Of a DNA stretch of 64,000 bases, positions 1-19,963 are shown in pieces. Where the stretch lies: positions 248,001 through 312,000 of the forward strand of contig JAQGDQ010000215.1 of NCBI GenBank assembly GCA_030141605.1, given 5' to 3'. The DNA is from Tubiluchus corallicola (Eukaryota; Animalia; Priapulida). Positions within the stretch are counted from its first letter, which is position 1. Each line of letters starts with the position of its first letter. Made by a program: the position numbers and the translations under genes. The notes below the pieces were generated by a model. That model did not search any database. It was not told where the DNA came from and was given only the letters and a program-made list of their open reading frames with translations.

Positions 1-2463
1 ACACTCCAGGGTGCACCACTCACTAACCAAAAACGTATTTTTAATCTTATTGACAAGATACAGTAATTTAAAATTTTACCAGTTAGTGACGTGCGCGCTA
101 CGAATGCTCTGATTATTTTTTCAAACTTTACAAAATGTTAACTAAACTTGTTTCAAATGACCTGTCGTCAAAATGCCTGCGTCTAACGGTCATCGCAGGA
201 GTTTAAACTTACATGTTTTATACAGCATTACTGACTGACGTCCTGTATGTAAAAAGGCACTATATAAGTGATATAAAATTTCAAGACGAATTTTTTAAGC
301 TTTATGTATATGGAGGATTTTCTTGTGCTTTAAACAACTAAATTATTATTCTAGTATTAAATTTATTTTATCTGGTTTACTAAAAGCATAACCTAAACGC
401 TTTACGCAATCAATGAAATTCATGTTTGGAATTGAACGTGCAGTTTTGTTATATGGCCGGCAAACCAAACAAATCTAAATGGTATTGACGTGTAGCCACG
501 TTTTCGTTTTAGTTTGCAAATTCGCAACAAAGCGTTACAGAAAAAGGCTTTGAAGCAGGGCAAAACAAACGACACACTGGGTTTAATTTGAAACTAAATT
601 CGATTTCGACCCTTGTAAATTTGATGCGTTAGCTTAAAAGAAGACCGGACGATTGTTTAGACTCACTCTCATTTTAATTTACAGTCCAAAATATATATTT
701 CTTGCCTATAAAAGTTAACAATTGTTCCTTATATTTGAATAATTAGCTTGCAAAGTTAATTAACGGCAATCGAACACAGCTATTGCTTACGTCAGAAACT
801 AACCACAGTTTGTGCAATGGCAGACGTCTTCCCTGGTGCGCCAGGCACATTTGTATAAGCGTTACAGTACTGCTGAAACGCATGATGTCACGAAAAATGG
901 GGCACGTCATATGACGTCATGAAACTAACACAGCAGTTCATGATCAGGGTTATCACGGTACCGTCTTCTATTTATCGGCCACGCGCATGTGACAAAAAGG
1001 CGTCGTTGCCAATCTTAGTAGATTCACAGAGCCGCCCGTAGCTTTGAAAGTTTAACGAAAGTTGAGTATCCCAGGTAATTATTATTTAGTCTAAGCTTTG
1101 ATTTAAAATAAGCTATTGTAGTTTTCAATATTTTAGAGCATTCTTTATTCTGAACTCGTGTATACACAATCATCCGGTTTTCCTTTAACTTAGCAATTCA
1201 ATATTCTAAAATTAGTAGCTGATTTTTCAACGTGAGCAGCTTTTTTTGGACGAATAAACTTTGTAATGAAGCCCTAAATTTCGGTTATTACTTTCAATGA
1301 GATCAATGCCAGTAAAATTAGGTGAACTTCAAGGAAGGATAACCTTTCTTTAGAACTGACAGATAAAAACTACGTTTTCTGAGCAAAACTATCTGTCAGT
1401 TGCATAGAAAGGCTGCACTTGCTTATATTTCTTCTAATTTTGCTGAAACGCTGGAAGATAATACTTCATTTGATTTAGCTTGGATGAGAGAGATTATAAA
1501 TCAAATCAATTCAAATGAGTTTCCTTCTGAAAGCTTTAAAGTAAATCATGGGGCACAATTATCGATTCTCCACGGATAGTTGTGTGAAGGCTGAGATTAG
1601 AACAAATTACCATTCGTCAAATTTGCATTCTGAAGAGCAAGAAGGCTCTCCGTACCGTGCTTGCTGGTCTTCAGAACTAGGCCTATATACTGACCCTGTT
1701 TTATTCGTGCAAGCAGTGAAGCCTTTACTCAGCTAGTGGCGTGATAATCACGGTACCATTAATAATAATTACAGACTACACGATAAGGCTCTGCCATAAT
1801 TGCAGACATCTCCAGGGTATATGGTTCGCATCTTCTCTTACGTCAATAATTTATGATCAATTAAGTTGGCATTAGATTTTCAGGCAAGAGCGCGAGAAGC
1901 AAGATGAAACGTGATATTGATACAAAGTAGGTTAAATTAATAATATTTTATTATAAATCGCTTTATACTACTTAACAGAAACGATATTGACTAAAACGTC
2001 ATATATTGAAGTACTAATACTGCTAGTCTAATGGCACAGATAAAGATGGCTTGCTAAAGATTTTGCTTTATTGCGTACTAACAGTTCTAAATCTCAATGT
2101 TGACTGCTCTAATTTGGCGTCATGCTTTGAGCAACATGATTTAATATAATGTAATGGATTAAAATGCAACATTTATTTTAAGTCGTATTTAGAATTTACA
2201 AACAATAGCTGTGGGCAGCTACTTTATGACTAATTTAGCTCAGATTTTTTTACTCAACTAAAACTATTGAACTGCATCAACAATGTCATTTATTAATCAG
2301 TATACATGCTTTGTCACATAACTCATTTCACACAACGATCATTTCCTTGAAGGAATGTTTCTGATTCACCAGTTCAGTGTTCATTGTTTTGGTCCGTCGC
2401 AATAGGTAAGCCATAACGTTGAGTGCTAGATCCCGGCCTGCAGAAAGCAGAAATGCACAAAAT

Positions 2464-2912
2464 AGCTGCAACAAGAGACCGCTTCTCAAACCTTGCAGTT
2501 GCAGCTGCAACAAGAGACCGCTTCTCAAGCCTTGCAGTTGCAGCTCCAACAAGAGACCACTTCTCAAGTTGCAGCTGCAACAAGAGATCGCTTCTCAAGC
2601 CTTGCAGTTGCAGCTCCAACAAGAGACCGCTTCTCAAGCCTTGCAGTTGCAGCTCCAACAAGAGACCACTTCTCAAGTTGCAGCTGCAACAAGAGACCGC
2701 TTCTCAAGCCTTGCAGTTGCAGCTCCAGCAAGAGACCACTTCTCAAGTTGCAGCTGCAACAAGAGACCGCTTCTCAAGCCTTGCAGTTGCAGCTGTAACA
2801 AAAGGCCAACTTTCAAGCCCTACAGTTGGCAGCTATAACAAAATCCGCTTCTCAAGCCTTGCAGTTGCAACTGAAACAAAAGGCCGCTTCTCAAGCCTTG
2901 CAGTTGCAGCTC
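2464..2912. repeat. Minisatellite, ~39-bp unit (GCAGCTGCAACAAGAGACCGCTTCTCAAGCCTTGCAGTT) with shorter variant units
   Basis: Direct tandem repeats visible in the sequence. The overlapping ORFs on both strands are periodic translations of the unit. Confidence 0.92.
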
Positions 2913-3204
2913 AGCTATTACAAGTTTACATAAATTTCTACGATTAGCAGGCTCTTCATGCGTTACCTACATACAAACTTCATTCAAAGTCGGTTTTACA
3001 ACAACAAACATTTTGTACAAGTCTTTACAGAAAAATACCCACTATCGTGCGGTATGTATAATGGGGAACGTCATCCACAGGTATCTTCAGGTTTTGAATG
3101 AACTTACTAAACTACAATGGTAACGTTGAAGAAGACAAAGAATCAGGGAAGCCTAGCGATCATTTTGACTTATGCTGGTATTACTTGAGACTAAAAGTAT
3201 CAGA

Positions 3205-4220
3205 TTGGTTACTTTACAACACGACAGCATATATAGATTACTTTACAACATGACAGCATATATAGATTACTTTAAAACATTACAGCATATATAGGTTACT
3301 ATACAACATGACAACATATATAGATTACTTTACAATATGACAGCATAATAGTTACTTACAACAGGATAGCATATATAAATTACAACATGACCGAACATAT
3401 AGATTACTTCATAACACGACAGCATAACAGATTCCTTTACAACATGATAGCATATATAGATTATTTTACAACATGACAGCATATATAGATTATTTTACAA
3501 CATCACAGCATATATAGATTACTTTACAACATGACAGCATAACGGATTACTTTACAACATGACAGCATAACAGATTACTTTACAACATGACAGCATATAT
3601 AGACTACTTTGCAACATGACAGCATACTAGCTTACTTATAACAGGACAACATATATAAATTACTCTACAACATGACTGAATATATAGATTACTTTACAAT
3701 ATGACAGAATATGTAGATTACTTTACAACATGACAACATATATAGATTACTTTACAACATGACAGCATAACAGATTACTTTACAACATGACAACATATAT
3801 AGATTATTTTACAACATGACAGCATAACGGATTACTTTACAACATGACAACATATATAGATTACCGTACAACATGACAGCATAACAGATTACTTTACAAT
3901 ATGACAGCATAACGGATTACTTTACAACATGACAGCATAACAGATTACTTTACAACATGACAACATATGTAGATTACTTTACAACATGACAGCATAACGG
4001 ATTACTTTACAACATGACAACATAACAGATTACTTAACAACATGACAGCATACTACATTACTACTAACAGGACAACATATATAGATTACTCTACAACATG
4101 ACCGAATATATAGATTACTTTACAATATGACAGAATATATAGATTACATTACTGCATTACAGCAATATATAGACTACTTTACAATACGACAGCATGTAAA
4201 GGTTACTTTACAACGTGACT
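3205..4220. repeat. Minisatellite, ~29-31-bp unit (TAGATTACTTTACAACATGACAGCATATA)
   Basis: About 1 kb of degenerate tandem copies read directly. Confidence 0.93.
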
Positions 4221-6621
4221 GTCAGCATAGGTATTTTGAGTAACTATAGTATGTTCAGGATAATAATAAATTACTACGAAGCTTGAAAATCTTCATGTAC
4301 ATTTATGTACAAAGGTTTAGCCGCTGAGAATTAGGTGAAATCAGAGAGGCGGATGGCAGTGCAATTCAAGGATTCTCGGGAGAAACAATTTAACAACCAG
4401 CGACGCTTTTCATTACAGCTCTGCGCGTATCAATTTGAGAAGCCCATCTCGTATAATCCAGCGGCTGTTATAGCCGAGGAGGAAGAGGCTGCGAGGTTGG
4501 GAAGAGGATGAGTCATTAACCTGATCAATTCGTTTTCACGACGTGACTTCGCTACACAGACGACATTCAGGGAGTCATCACACAGCTCTTCCTGTTGTTG
4601 TAAAATAATGACATGGCAAACGCCTCACGGCTGACAGAACAAAACTGAGCAAAGAGGCCATTGCTCAGTCAGATCTATTGTCTGCCCAGCAAAAATCACA
4701 TATATAGCGTTAAGTGAAAAGGTTTTTGAATAAAACCTGCATTGCAGCAGAGTAGCAACTTCCATTGAGGAACGTGTATACATGGTACAAATTCGGGGGT
4801 TAGCCATAAACAGCTTTTTAGCATGCGCAGAGCATAATCCTTGAGTACCAAATAACCAAGCCTTTGAGTGCCAGACATCTTGTATGAGCCAAATAACAGT
4901 TAAATAGGTTAGAATTCACAGCTAAATTACTCTGTTAATTTCTCAAAATAATAACAACACGGCATGTTGCAATTTTTATTAAGTGGCTAATTTATTGTTA
5001 TTTATTACCATTTAATAAACTTGTGGTTATCTTCAAATCTGGTAGCAGTAAACATGTGTGTGAACACCATATGTTAACAGATCTTGCTTATAAAGCATGC
5101 TTGTGCCCTTACTATTTTATTCCATTCTATCATTTTCATTAGAATTAAAAAGCGTACCACTTCAATAACTGATTAACCCGTTTTCTCTGCAAAAAAAGCA
5201 TCATATTACTTGAGTTCTTAGAAAAACTGGGTACCACGTATAAAAATATAATATCCGAAGTTTTTTTATACAGTAATTGTCGGTAAAACAATCTGAGATA
5301 TAACAACGCAGATTACCTCTAGAGCTGTAATTAGAATGCTGTTATATTGTGCGCACCTAGCAACATTGTTATTCGCGGAAAATGTCAGGCAGGCCATAAA
5401 AAGCCATTAGACAGATTAAATAAAAACACGAGAGCAACAGACCGGTGAAAAACAACACTGGATAATGGCTACCGTGGTATTTATACGCATTACAAGGTAG
5501 ATCATGAATGACTAGTCTTTTTCATTCAAATCTACCTAACCAAAAGCCAGTGGCAATGATATACTGTAGTAATGAACGACAACAACTTATTGTTAACGTT
5601 ATTCTTGTTCAAAGACAGTAAGCTAATGAACTGAAAACAGGGGAACTGGTATAAATTTAGAATTAATAGATTCGAGGGAAAAAACTTGTGTTCATAAGCA
5701 ACCATACTGCATCTGGGAATGTTCCAGTAAAAATATGAAAGCAGCAAAAAAAGGATGCCACGGCCAAACTATCTACGTTTAGGAACCAAAGACGAGACGT
5801 CCTTTCAAGTGGAACAAAAATGTTTTGATGTTTTGCACCAAAGTTTTAATTATGATATCATAAGAAGAAAATAATGGAATCTTTTGAAGACTGCCACACT
5901 GATGTTATTTACGCTTATTAATGAACATCAAAAATTTTAGGTCATTTGCTTAGATTTTTCCATTTCCGAAAATACAGAAGTTTTGAATGAATGAGTCAAT
6001 GAAATAAATGTCGGAAAAAATTTCGTTTGCCACTAATGTTAGAATTTACAGTAAGTGCTCTACGTGTCTACAATTTTCAATTCAAGCTAAACGATGCCAT
6101 TTCTTTCAACAGGTAATACGGTTTTTCATTTCTTTATGGGATACTTCATTCCAACACTCAATAGTTTTGCCTTTATATATCTGCATCAAATGGCTTTCTG
6201 CAGCCAGTATACGCTTTCTCTTAATGCTGGACACAACAGTCCAGAGGATTAAGTGCCTTTTTTCATGACAACAAATCTCTATCACTGCTTTATTCTTTTG
6301 ATGAAAACCATGATGTAAGCTGGTTGTTACTTATTGTTATTGTTTACTGTTAGAAGTAATATAGTTGAAAAATCAGGAATTTAAATTTAATTTAAGTTTA
6401 AGCTACTTTAAATTTTGTGCTTCCTGCAACATTGCATTTTCTTATTTACCACGTTCTCATGCGACTATAAACACAAGCTGACAAATTTCTATGAAAGATA
6501 ATTTAACTAAAAGCAAAATCCGCAAACTGATAACTGATAAATATTGTGTACAAGGAGTACTAAAGCAACTAACATCACTGACTAAGTGACCATAGTTAAC
6601 CTGCTTTCGATACATTACATT

Positions 6622-7144
6622 AAGTGGCGGCTCGTAGCTGAAATTAGTGGGGGTGCTGCAAAATTAAAAATTTTTAGCCATTGTTTTAATGCTGTGTAAA
6701 ACGAAACAAACATATGTAATTATAATGTTGTAATTGTAATTGTAAATAAACAAACTAATTTAAACATAACCTTGATAAACTCCCAAACAAAAAATATTGT
6801 TTTTTACAAATAGCCTAAATTGTCGCAGTTCAAGAATATGCCGATACACGGCTTTTAAACACATGACAACTGACAACACGTGCTGCAGTGTGCGACAGTA
6901 CTCTTTCTACCTAAAGTACAGCATCTTATCTCAGACATATGCGCATGGCCGCATGCGCATAGCAGCCAAACACCGCACTGCTTGGGCTGTGGAGCAAATT
7001 GTACTTCCTTCACGTGCTCCAGTTCCGCACAAGTATAAAGAAAGAACTAAAGAAAAAATATTATTATATTGAATATTATCGATAATAATGAGTGAAAACA
7101 GTGGGTGCAGCAGTACCACAGTACCTATATACGAGCCGCCACCT
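6622..7144. mobile_element. Non-autonomous hAT-type MITE (family H1)
   Basis: Terminal inverted repeats AAGTGGCGGCTCGTA...TACGAGCCGCCACCT. Perfect 8-bp target-site duplication ATTACATT (6614-6621 and 7145-7152). Related copies at 12840 and 14860. Confidence 0.88.
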
Positions 7145-7638
7145 ATTACATTATACTGTATCCTGCAAGTTTACAATGAAAAACATCCGAAACATACTTA
7201 CTAAGTTTTGTAACTGATATATTACCACTTATAACAAGACGCACTGTGCTGTTTATACTCATTTTAATTATGATATAGTATTAGGAAAAAATATTACTAA
7301 ATACTTTAGACTTTTTCATATTTTTTAATATTATTATTTTATATCTGGCATAGTTTGAATATACTATTATTATATAAACCTAAATAACTTGTTATTTAGT
7401 ACACCTGAGATTTAGAACTGACATCGGCGTCAGTAATAAGTTAAATCATTATACTAGACCTAGCTGCCTAATAATCGATATTAAACGATGGGACATGTCT
7501 TGGTTAAATACTCACCCAGTGAGCAAATTACTAGTACAGTGTACTACGTTTAATTTACCAAATATATATTAGTTATTACTTATTAGGTCTATACAATAAT
7601 TACAGTTCATGTATCAATTAGCATAGGCTCACATGTAC

Positions 7639-7791
7639 CTGTGTATACGATGGATCACTCAAATCGAAAGTCGCATTGGTAAATTGAAATGACAAGTCGA
7701 TGTGTGGAAACTGGTGGAATAAATCGACTAACCAAGACTTTTCATAAGTCATTGACTCAATATCAGTAACGGCAATATCCTCAGTAGACAT
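7639..7791 (-). CDS. tty: Tweety-family (TTYH) membrane protein, first coding exon only; later exons not found and presumably lie left of the window
   Basis: MSTEDIAVTDIESMTYEKSWLVDLFHQFPHIDLSFQFTNATFDLSDPSYTQ matches the tweety N-terminus (Y..pWwV.LlH..PH.dl.f......F.p.d..YqQ). It ends at a phase-0 CAG|GTACAT donor. Confidence 0.85.
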
Positions 7792-8367
7792 TTTGAAAAG
7801 TAAACACACCAAATTTAAATGTTTAGATACCAAATTCTGCTTCACACTGGCACCAAATAATTATTCTATATGTTCACAAAGCACTTTATAAATCCATGCC
7901 ACCACTCCGATGCTACCTTTCCATTCAAAGCGTTCAGTCATTGACATTCACCGCAGACTTCACATAAAAACTCTCGTGTAGTATGAGATGTTGCGAGAAC
8001 TTGAGCGGATGAAACTAATTCATTCATATAGGGGAAAGGATGAAAATGCGTGCAAAAGTGCCAGACGTTCACTGTTTTTTTTACTAGTTTATTGTTAAAC
8101 ATTAGCACAATGACACCACACAGTAGTAAGAATTTGACATATAAAAGAAATTAGACAATATTTGTTTGCATTTATTGTTACATATCCGTGCCTATGATTA
8201 GAACGCCCCTCAGATTAGTTGGACTCCACAAAGTCAGTGTTTATTTGTTGACCAGTCAACTGTGATTATACACTACTGTACGTTTACTCACGTGTGTTTA
8301 AGTGTTCATTCATTTGATCTCATGCAGAACAGCAAAAAACTTACTAATCTTTAATATTCCTTAGAAT
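7792..8367. promoter_or_regulatory. Putative bidirectional promoter / 5'UTR region between tweety and CRYM
   Basis: Divergent ATGs only 576 bp apart. Inferred from gene geometry only. Confidence 0.55.
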
Positions 8368-14661
<6,294 letters not shown>

Positions 14662-14859
14662 ACTCGTGTGTATATCTGTAATACAAAACTTCTACAGTTG
14701 TGTGCCAGAATTTTTAATAAAATCATATAAGTATGTTATTAGGTAAGTACACTCTGTATTTTTGCGGCAATTGTGATAATACCTTAATTGAGTATTATAA
14801 ATAGCTATTTTGTGTTTTTTCTTATTTTGATGATCGTAATTTTAATAATGGCAATGAGC

Positions 14860-15672
14860 CAGTTGTGGCTTGTGTATAGGTACTATGGAACTGCAGCACC
14901 CCCTATTTTCATATTATCACAGCCCGTATATTATCGATAATATTCACTTTAGATGTAAGCATGGCTGCATGCGCACGACAAATAAACACACCACCATGCT
15001 GGGCTGTAAAGCAAACAGTATTACCCTCACGTGCTCTGGTATCACAAGCTGTAATAGTATAAAGAAAGAACTAAAGACCTATACTGTTTGCTTTTTACAG
15101 TCAAGTAGAGGTATAATTTGTATAGTAAGTCTTTTTTCTTTAGATCTTTCTTTATACTTGTACGGAACTAGAGCACATGAGGATAGTACTCTTTCTGTCA
15201 CAGTGCAGCACAGTGGCGTGTTTGGTTGATGTGTGCATGCGGCCATGCTCACATGCCTGAGATAACATGCTGCATGCGGCACTGCTAGCGTCTGCTGCTA
15301 GGTAGAGTAAGTACTGTCGCTAACACAGTTTCAGTTGTCACGTGTTTACCGTGTATCCTCATATTTTTGGATGTGATAAAGTGTAGACTCAGCGTGTGTG
15401 CTTAAAATATAAATAATTTAATCATAGCTGCCTTGCTTCCCGCAAGAAATAAGTTCTGTGACTGTAAGTGAACTTCAACAGCTTAATTTTTCACAGTTGT
15501 CTCTTCACGAAAAAGTTGCAGTTAAGAATTGCTTGAAATTTGCTTAAAATTACAATTACAAAGTACAACATTTACATTACATATATTAGTTACGTTTTAC
15601 ACAGTATTAAAACAATGGGTAAAAATTTTCTGAAGCAGCAACAGCAGCAATTTTACCTAGGAGCCGCCACTG
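14860..15672. mobile_element. hAT MITE family H1, copy with an internal inverted duplication
   Basis: Ends CAGTTGTGGCTTGTG...TAGGAGCCGCCACTG. The body is homologous to 6622-7144. Confidence 0.75.
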
Positions 15673-16197
15673 GCAAAGACTTTTAAATATCTAAATCCTG
15701 TAAAGTTTACTGAGTTTACAAAGTCATACTGCAGTACTATTTTGTGAGTAAAGATTTAGGTGTTGTTCACAGATTGCGCAAGTCTTACCTCTCCTTTATA
15801 AAATTACTAAAAAACCTGTTTAGCTAATGTTTGTCATCAGTATATTGAGAATTATATTATTTAGTATTATTGTCCAAGTCAGTAGATTTGTTCTTAATCA
15901 ATAAGCCTAGAAATAATGAAGTTGAATTCAAATCAAAATGTATTTAACTTCTGTTGTTGATTAATAGCATTATTAACCCAAAGTGTTTTTATCATTTCAT
16001 AACAATTTTGACCTGTATTTCACATAAAATCTAAGTGCTATTTTTAGTTTAATCAAGATTGACACTATTTTGTTCATGTATATTCTTTTCTCTGGATTAT
16101 ATAGCAAATGTCATAATTTTAAAATTACTAATGTTTCCTAAATTAAACTGATAACATTAATGCCCACCAGTGTCTAAACATCATTTTATCTATATTC

Positions 16198-16392
16198 GGT
16201 AAAGGATAGCAGACTAGGTGACTTTATAGTCTTTTCGCTATCCTTTCTCTAGTTCTAGATCTATCTATACATTTTAACCATTCTTCAAAACTTATTAGAG
16301 ATTCTTTTATTAATCATGTTTCATTGTAACACTATAAAGAGATAAATAAAAAATTGAAATTGAAAAAAATCGAAAATTGAATTGAAATTGAA
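16198..16392 (+). mobile_element. Probable 3' end of an L2/Crack-group LINE or SINE
   Basis: Stem-loop AAGGATAGC-AGACTA...TAGTCT-TTTC-GCTATCCTT, then AATAAA and an (ATTGAA)n-like tail. Confidence 0.5.
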
Positions 16393-17285
16393 GTGTGTTT
16401 TCTTTCAACTTTTATAATCAAGTGATGGATTTAACATTTTGTTTAGACTTATATTTTGTATATATGATGCATGTGATCATTGAGTGCAGTTTGTATCGCT
16501 AGGTTTTGTACTATTGTTATTTTTATGGTTAAATAAATTATATCATTATGTTTTTCACTTTAATAAAGTTTATATGGGTTTGGTAAAGTTTGCTAAAGTT
16601 TATTTAATGGTCAAATAGTATATGAATTGTTAAAATAGTCTAACTTTGTAGTAAATAGGCCCTCATTATCCTGGACAAGGGCTTCTAAAATTCCGAGTGA
16701 GGAAGGTTATTAATAATAAAAAATACAGTAAATCTGCAATTATTTGTTTTTGTTGTTATGAAGGTAGATCCTTTTTCATCCATTCTGCATTTGGTTGCTC
16801 AGCAACATCCCATTAGCCCCACAGCCCACTGGCCTGTCAAATCTCATTTTCACTAAATATTGAACCTTATGGTGTACCAGTTTTTTCATCAAGTACTTCG
16901 TTTGCTTATTGGTTATTCAGCTGTGGTTGTGGGTCAAGATTATTTTTAATGAGATTACGTATACACCTCTATAATTGTAATTTGAAGTAATAGTAGCAAG
17001 TTAGCTAGTGGGACAAGGCATGCTTCCCGTTAAAGCTAAGGATAAAAATTTTGTTGAGAGACTAAGTGGTAGAAAAATCACGATGTTGAGGGACTAAGTG
17101 GGTGAAAAATCACGAGGTTGAGGGACTTTGGGCCTAAGAATGAAAAATATTTTTGAAAGAACAATGGGGTTTTTAAGACACCAGGGAGAAAAGTCCGGCT
17201 TCAGTGCTATGAAAGACTAAAAATTATATTTGCACTTTTGGTTTATGTTGCGCTATCCATGCTGCAATATTATCTGAGCTGTTAA

Positions 17286-17884
17286 AGGAAAGGCCAAGCC
17301 TTCTGGGAAGTTGGACTTATTTTACCGTTCATGCTTGGGCGCTCCCATTTTCAATGCCCATTCTTCTTCCAATGACGTCATTCGTCCTGAAGAAAAGTAG
17401 AAGCACTGTCATTCTTCACCAAAAATATAATAAGTTTTTACAAAATAATTAAATTACTAATTTTGTAATATTTTTTAGTGAACATTAGGTAAGTTGCAGA
17501 AGTTTCTGCTCCCATTTTCAATGTCCATTCTTCCAATGACGTCATTCGTCCTGAAGAAAAGTAGCGTTTACAAAAAAAATTAGATGGACAATTTTGTAAT
17601 ATTTTTGCGTAAACATTAGGTAAACTACAGAAGTTTGAATTAGTTTAAGCAGCGCGCGCTGACAGAAAGCCACGACGCGCTTACGAAAAGTACGAAGTCT
17701 CCCCGGTTACGTCATAATTTTCAAGTGAATGGCGGCAACCACCACGCCTGAAAATTTCTATTCAGCGGTAGTATAAATTAACATTATACTTTACAGTTTT
17801 GTGCAAATTTCTTTGTTATATTTTTCTAAGTTTAAGTGATAACGGTAATCTAAACCCAGCATACCGAGAGATTTGTTCTTTCCT
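17286..17884. mobile_element. Non-autonomous Kolobok-like element (family K2)
   Basis: TTAA|AGGAAAG...CTTTCCT|TTAA. Internal direct duplication (~17341-17500 vs ~17508-17635). Confidence 0.72.
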
Positions 17885-19167
17885 TTAATTTGGTCTGCGA
17901 TTCCAGGCTTCGGAAAATCGCACAGCTGTAATTCATGTAACTGCCTATTGAACCCAATTTTAAACATATTCTAAAGAAAATTGTTATGGGCTGTGATTAC
18001 TTAGTTAGAGGAACGGAAATCAAAGACGTAATGGGTCAAAAGATCAACTAACCCTTATAACCTGTAGATGTACGGTGTTTAATCCAGTGTCTAGATCAAC
18101 GAATTGCACTTTCTACACTGTCAGCGATCTAGATTAACATGTGCGTCTATTTCTATATAGTTCTTTTCAAATACATACTCATTAATAAAAGTCAATTACA
18201 AGTCTGGTGGACAGAACTTTACTAAATGTAAATTTTTGAATTGCAAAACAAGCGTTATGTTCACCTATAATAAAGGTTAATTACGCACGGTGTGATTTCC
18301 CATATTCAGGGGTTAATTTTTGTAATCAATGAAATAACCTTACAGTTTTAGTTAGGCCACATTTTTTTTCACTTAAAATCTATACTTTAGTAGTAATTTT
18401 GGTAGGTGGTACAAATGTGTAATCAGTGCCACTCACGTGCTATATTTTTGCATAGCATGGCGATGGTGACATCTATTGACATAAAATGGAGCATTATAAG
18501 GTTGTGACACTTTAAGTGTACTGCCCTGTTTGTTGTATGCAACGCGTTTAATCAGCTACCTCACAAAGATATTGCATAAGTGATCCATATAGTGTGACTG
18601 TCTAAGCGTTCTTCCGTGTGACATCTCAATTTGTTTAAAACACACTGTCATGGTTGTAGACCTACATTTTATTTGACCTCCAGCTAAGAATGCGTTACAT
18701 ACAGTTCAGACAATAAAGTTGTGTTCTTTCAGTAAGCATTTGTTGTAAGTTGGAAAACCAAGAGAGATGTATTAGTTTAGTTTTCTAACTGCATTAAAGA
18801 AACAATTATGTTCTTAAAACGCTTGTTTTTATTGGTGAGTGTAATTTTATCATTATTCTTATTATTATGATTTCAGATTATTCAGGTTTGGGATGTTGAG
18901 ATTATTGAGAAATAAAGATTATTGAGTTTGTCTCTTTGTTTCTGTCCAACTTGTCCCAAGACCTTACATACATATTTGTAATATTCCTTGATATGCCAGG
19001 GTTTGCTAATATTAATTAGCCTTGAAACTACATTATAATTTCATATTTTGTATTAATTGCATTAGCAGCTCTAACAAAAATTGACATTGGACAAAAACAA
19101 TTATCTAGAAGTACAGAAAGCCGTGATTACTCAGAAATGAGAATCGGCGTCTTTTTTATTTCCTGGA

Positions 19168-19245
19168 TTCTATATGGCCGAGTGGTTTATAGTGCAGGTT
19201 GCAGACATGCGCAGTGCCTGCAATCATGGGTTCGAAACCAGCAGC
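19168..19245 (+). mobile_element. tRNA-derived SINE head / tRNA pseudogene
   Basis: Pol III A box TGGCCGAGTGG (19175) and B box GGTTCGAAACC (19229). No intact acceptor stem. Confidence 0.6.
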
Positions 19246-19604
19246 TGCAAATGTTAGGGCATATGCAGGGTGAGATTTAGGTGAAGAGAAGCACGAGAAC
19301 GAAGAATCTTCATCCCAATCCGCCGTCTTCGATCACCACTACATGTAGGAAACGCAAGAGTTTTAAACAAACTTTAGTTTTAGTGAGCCGTGGATGACGA
19401 ATTTCATAGTTCCTTCTAAGATATAATAAGACACAAATGCCGCAGTTAATAAAAATGGATAAATGTTAATTTAAAATAAAATAAACTCTGCATAAACTTT
19501 GCAAAAACTATGCATTGGAAACATTATGCAAACTAAACAGAATTTTTTTAGAAGCAGAATTTGTTATGGTCTACAAACACTAAATTTGCAAATTTTGTTG
19601 TCTG

Positions 19605-19963
19605 CAGTGGCGGATTTAGGGGTTGGCCAAAGAGGCCTGGGCCCACCCTTTCATAGTAGCAGTTACAGCACACCAAATGAATATTTTCTCAGGATTATAA
19701 GCTTTAGAGCGTCTAGTGGTAGATTTTAATGACTTATATCGAGTAAAAAGTTCCGCATTAATGATTTCAGTGTAAAAACGTTTGTGCCTTTTAAGTGATA
19801 ATTGAAGTTTTTGGCATAATGAGTTTTAAACTATTGAATTTAGAAAATAGTAAGAAAAATTGTCTAAAATGTAGTAAAATACATTGGTAGCCGGGGTTCC
19901 CCAGACCCCCTAACTGCTGTTTCGTTGGGCCCACCCTTTTTCTAAGGCCTGTATCCGCCGCTG
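19605..19963. mobile_element. MITE with CAGTGGCGGAT...ATCCGCCGCTG termini
   Basis: Terminal inverted repeats, a subterminal GGGCCCACCCTTT at both ends, and GTCTG flanking both sides. Confidence 0.8.

Noticed and set aside
2328-2947. Six overlapping ORFs on both strands (Cys/Gln/Ala-rich periodic peptides)
   Set aside because: They are translations of a stop-poor minisatellite. Frames interconvert at short variant units, and there is no splice or homology support.
4354-4640. Short GC-richer ORF MAVQFKDSREK...AYQFEKP... reminiscent of the Kolobok accessory (P2X7 C-terminal-like) protein
   Set aside because: Only the YQFE motif is suggestive. Cys spacing does not match and the frame stops after ~52 codons.
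5532-5775. Hydrophobic - strand ORF as candidate tweety exon 2
   Set aside because: None of the three frames resembles tweety TM1/TM2 (no GfyGN motif).
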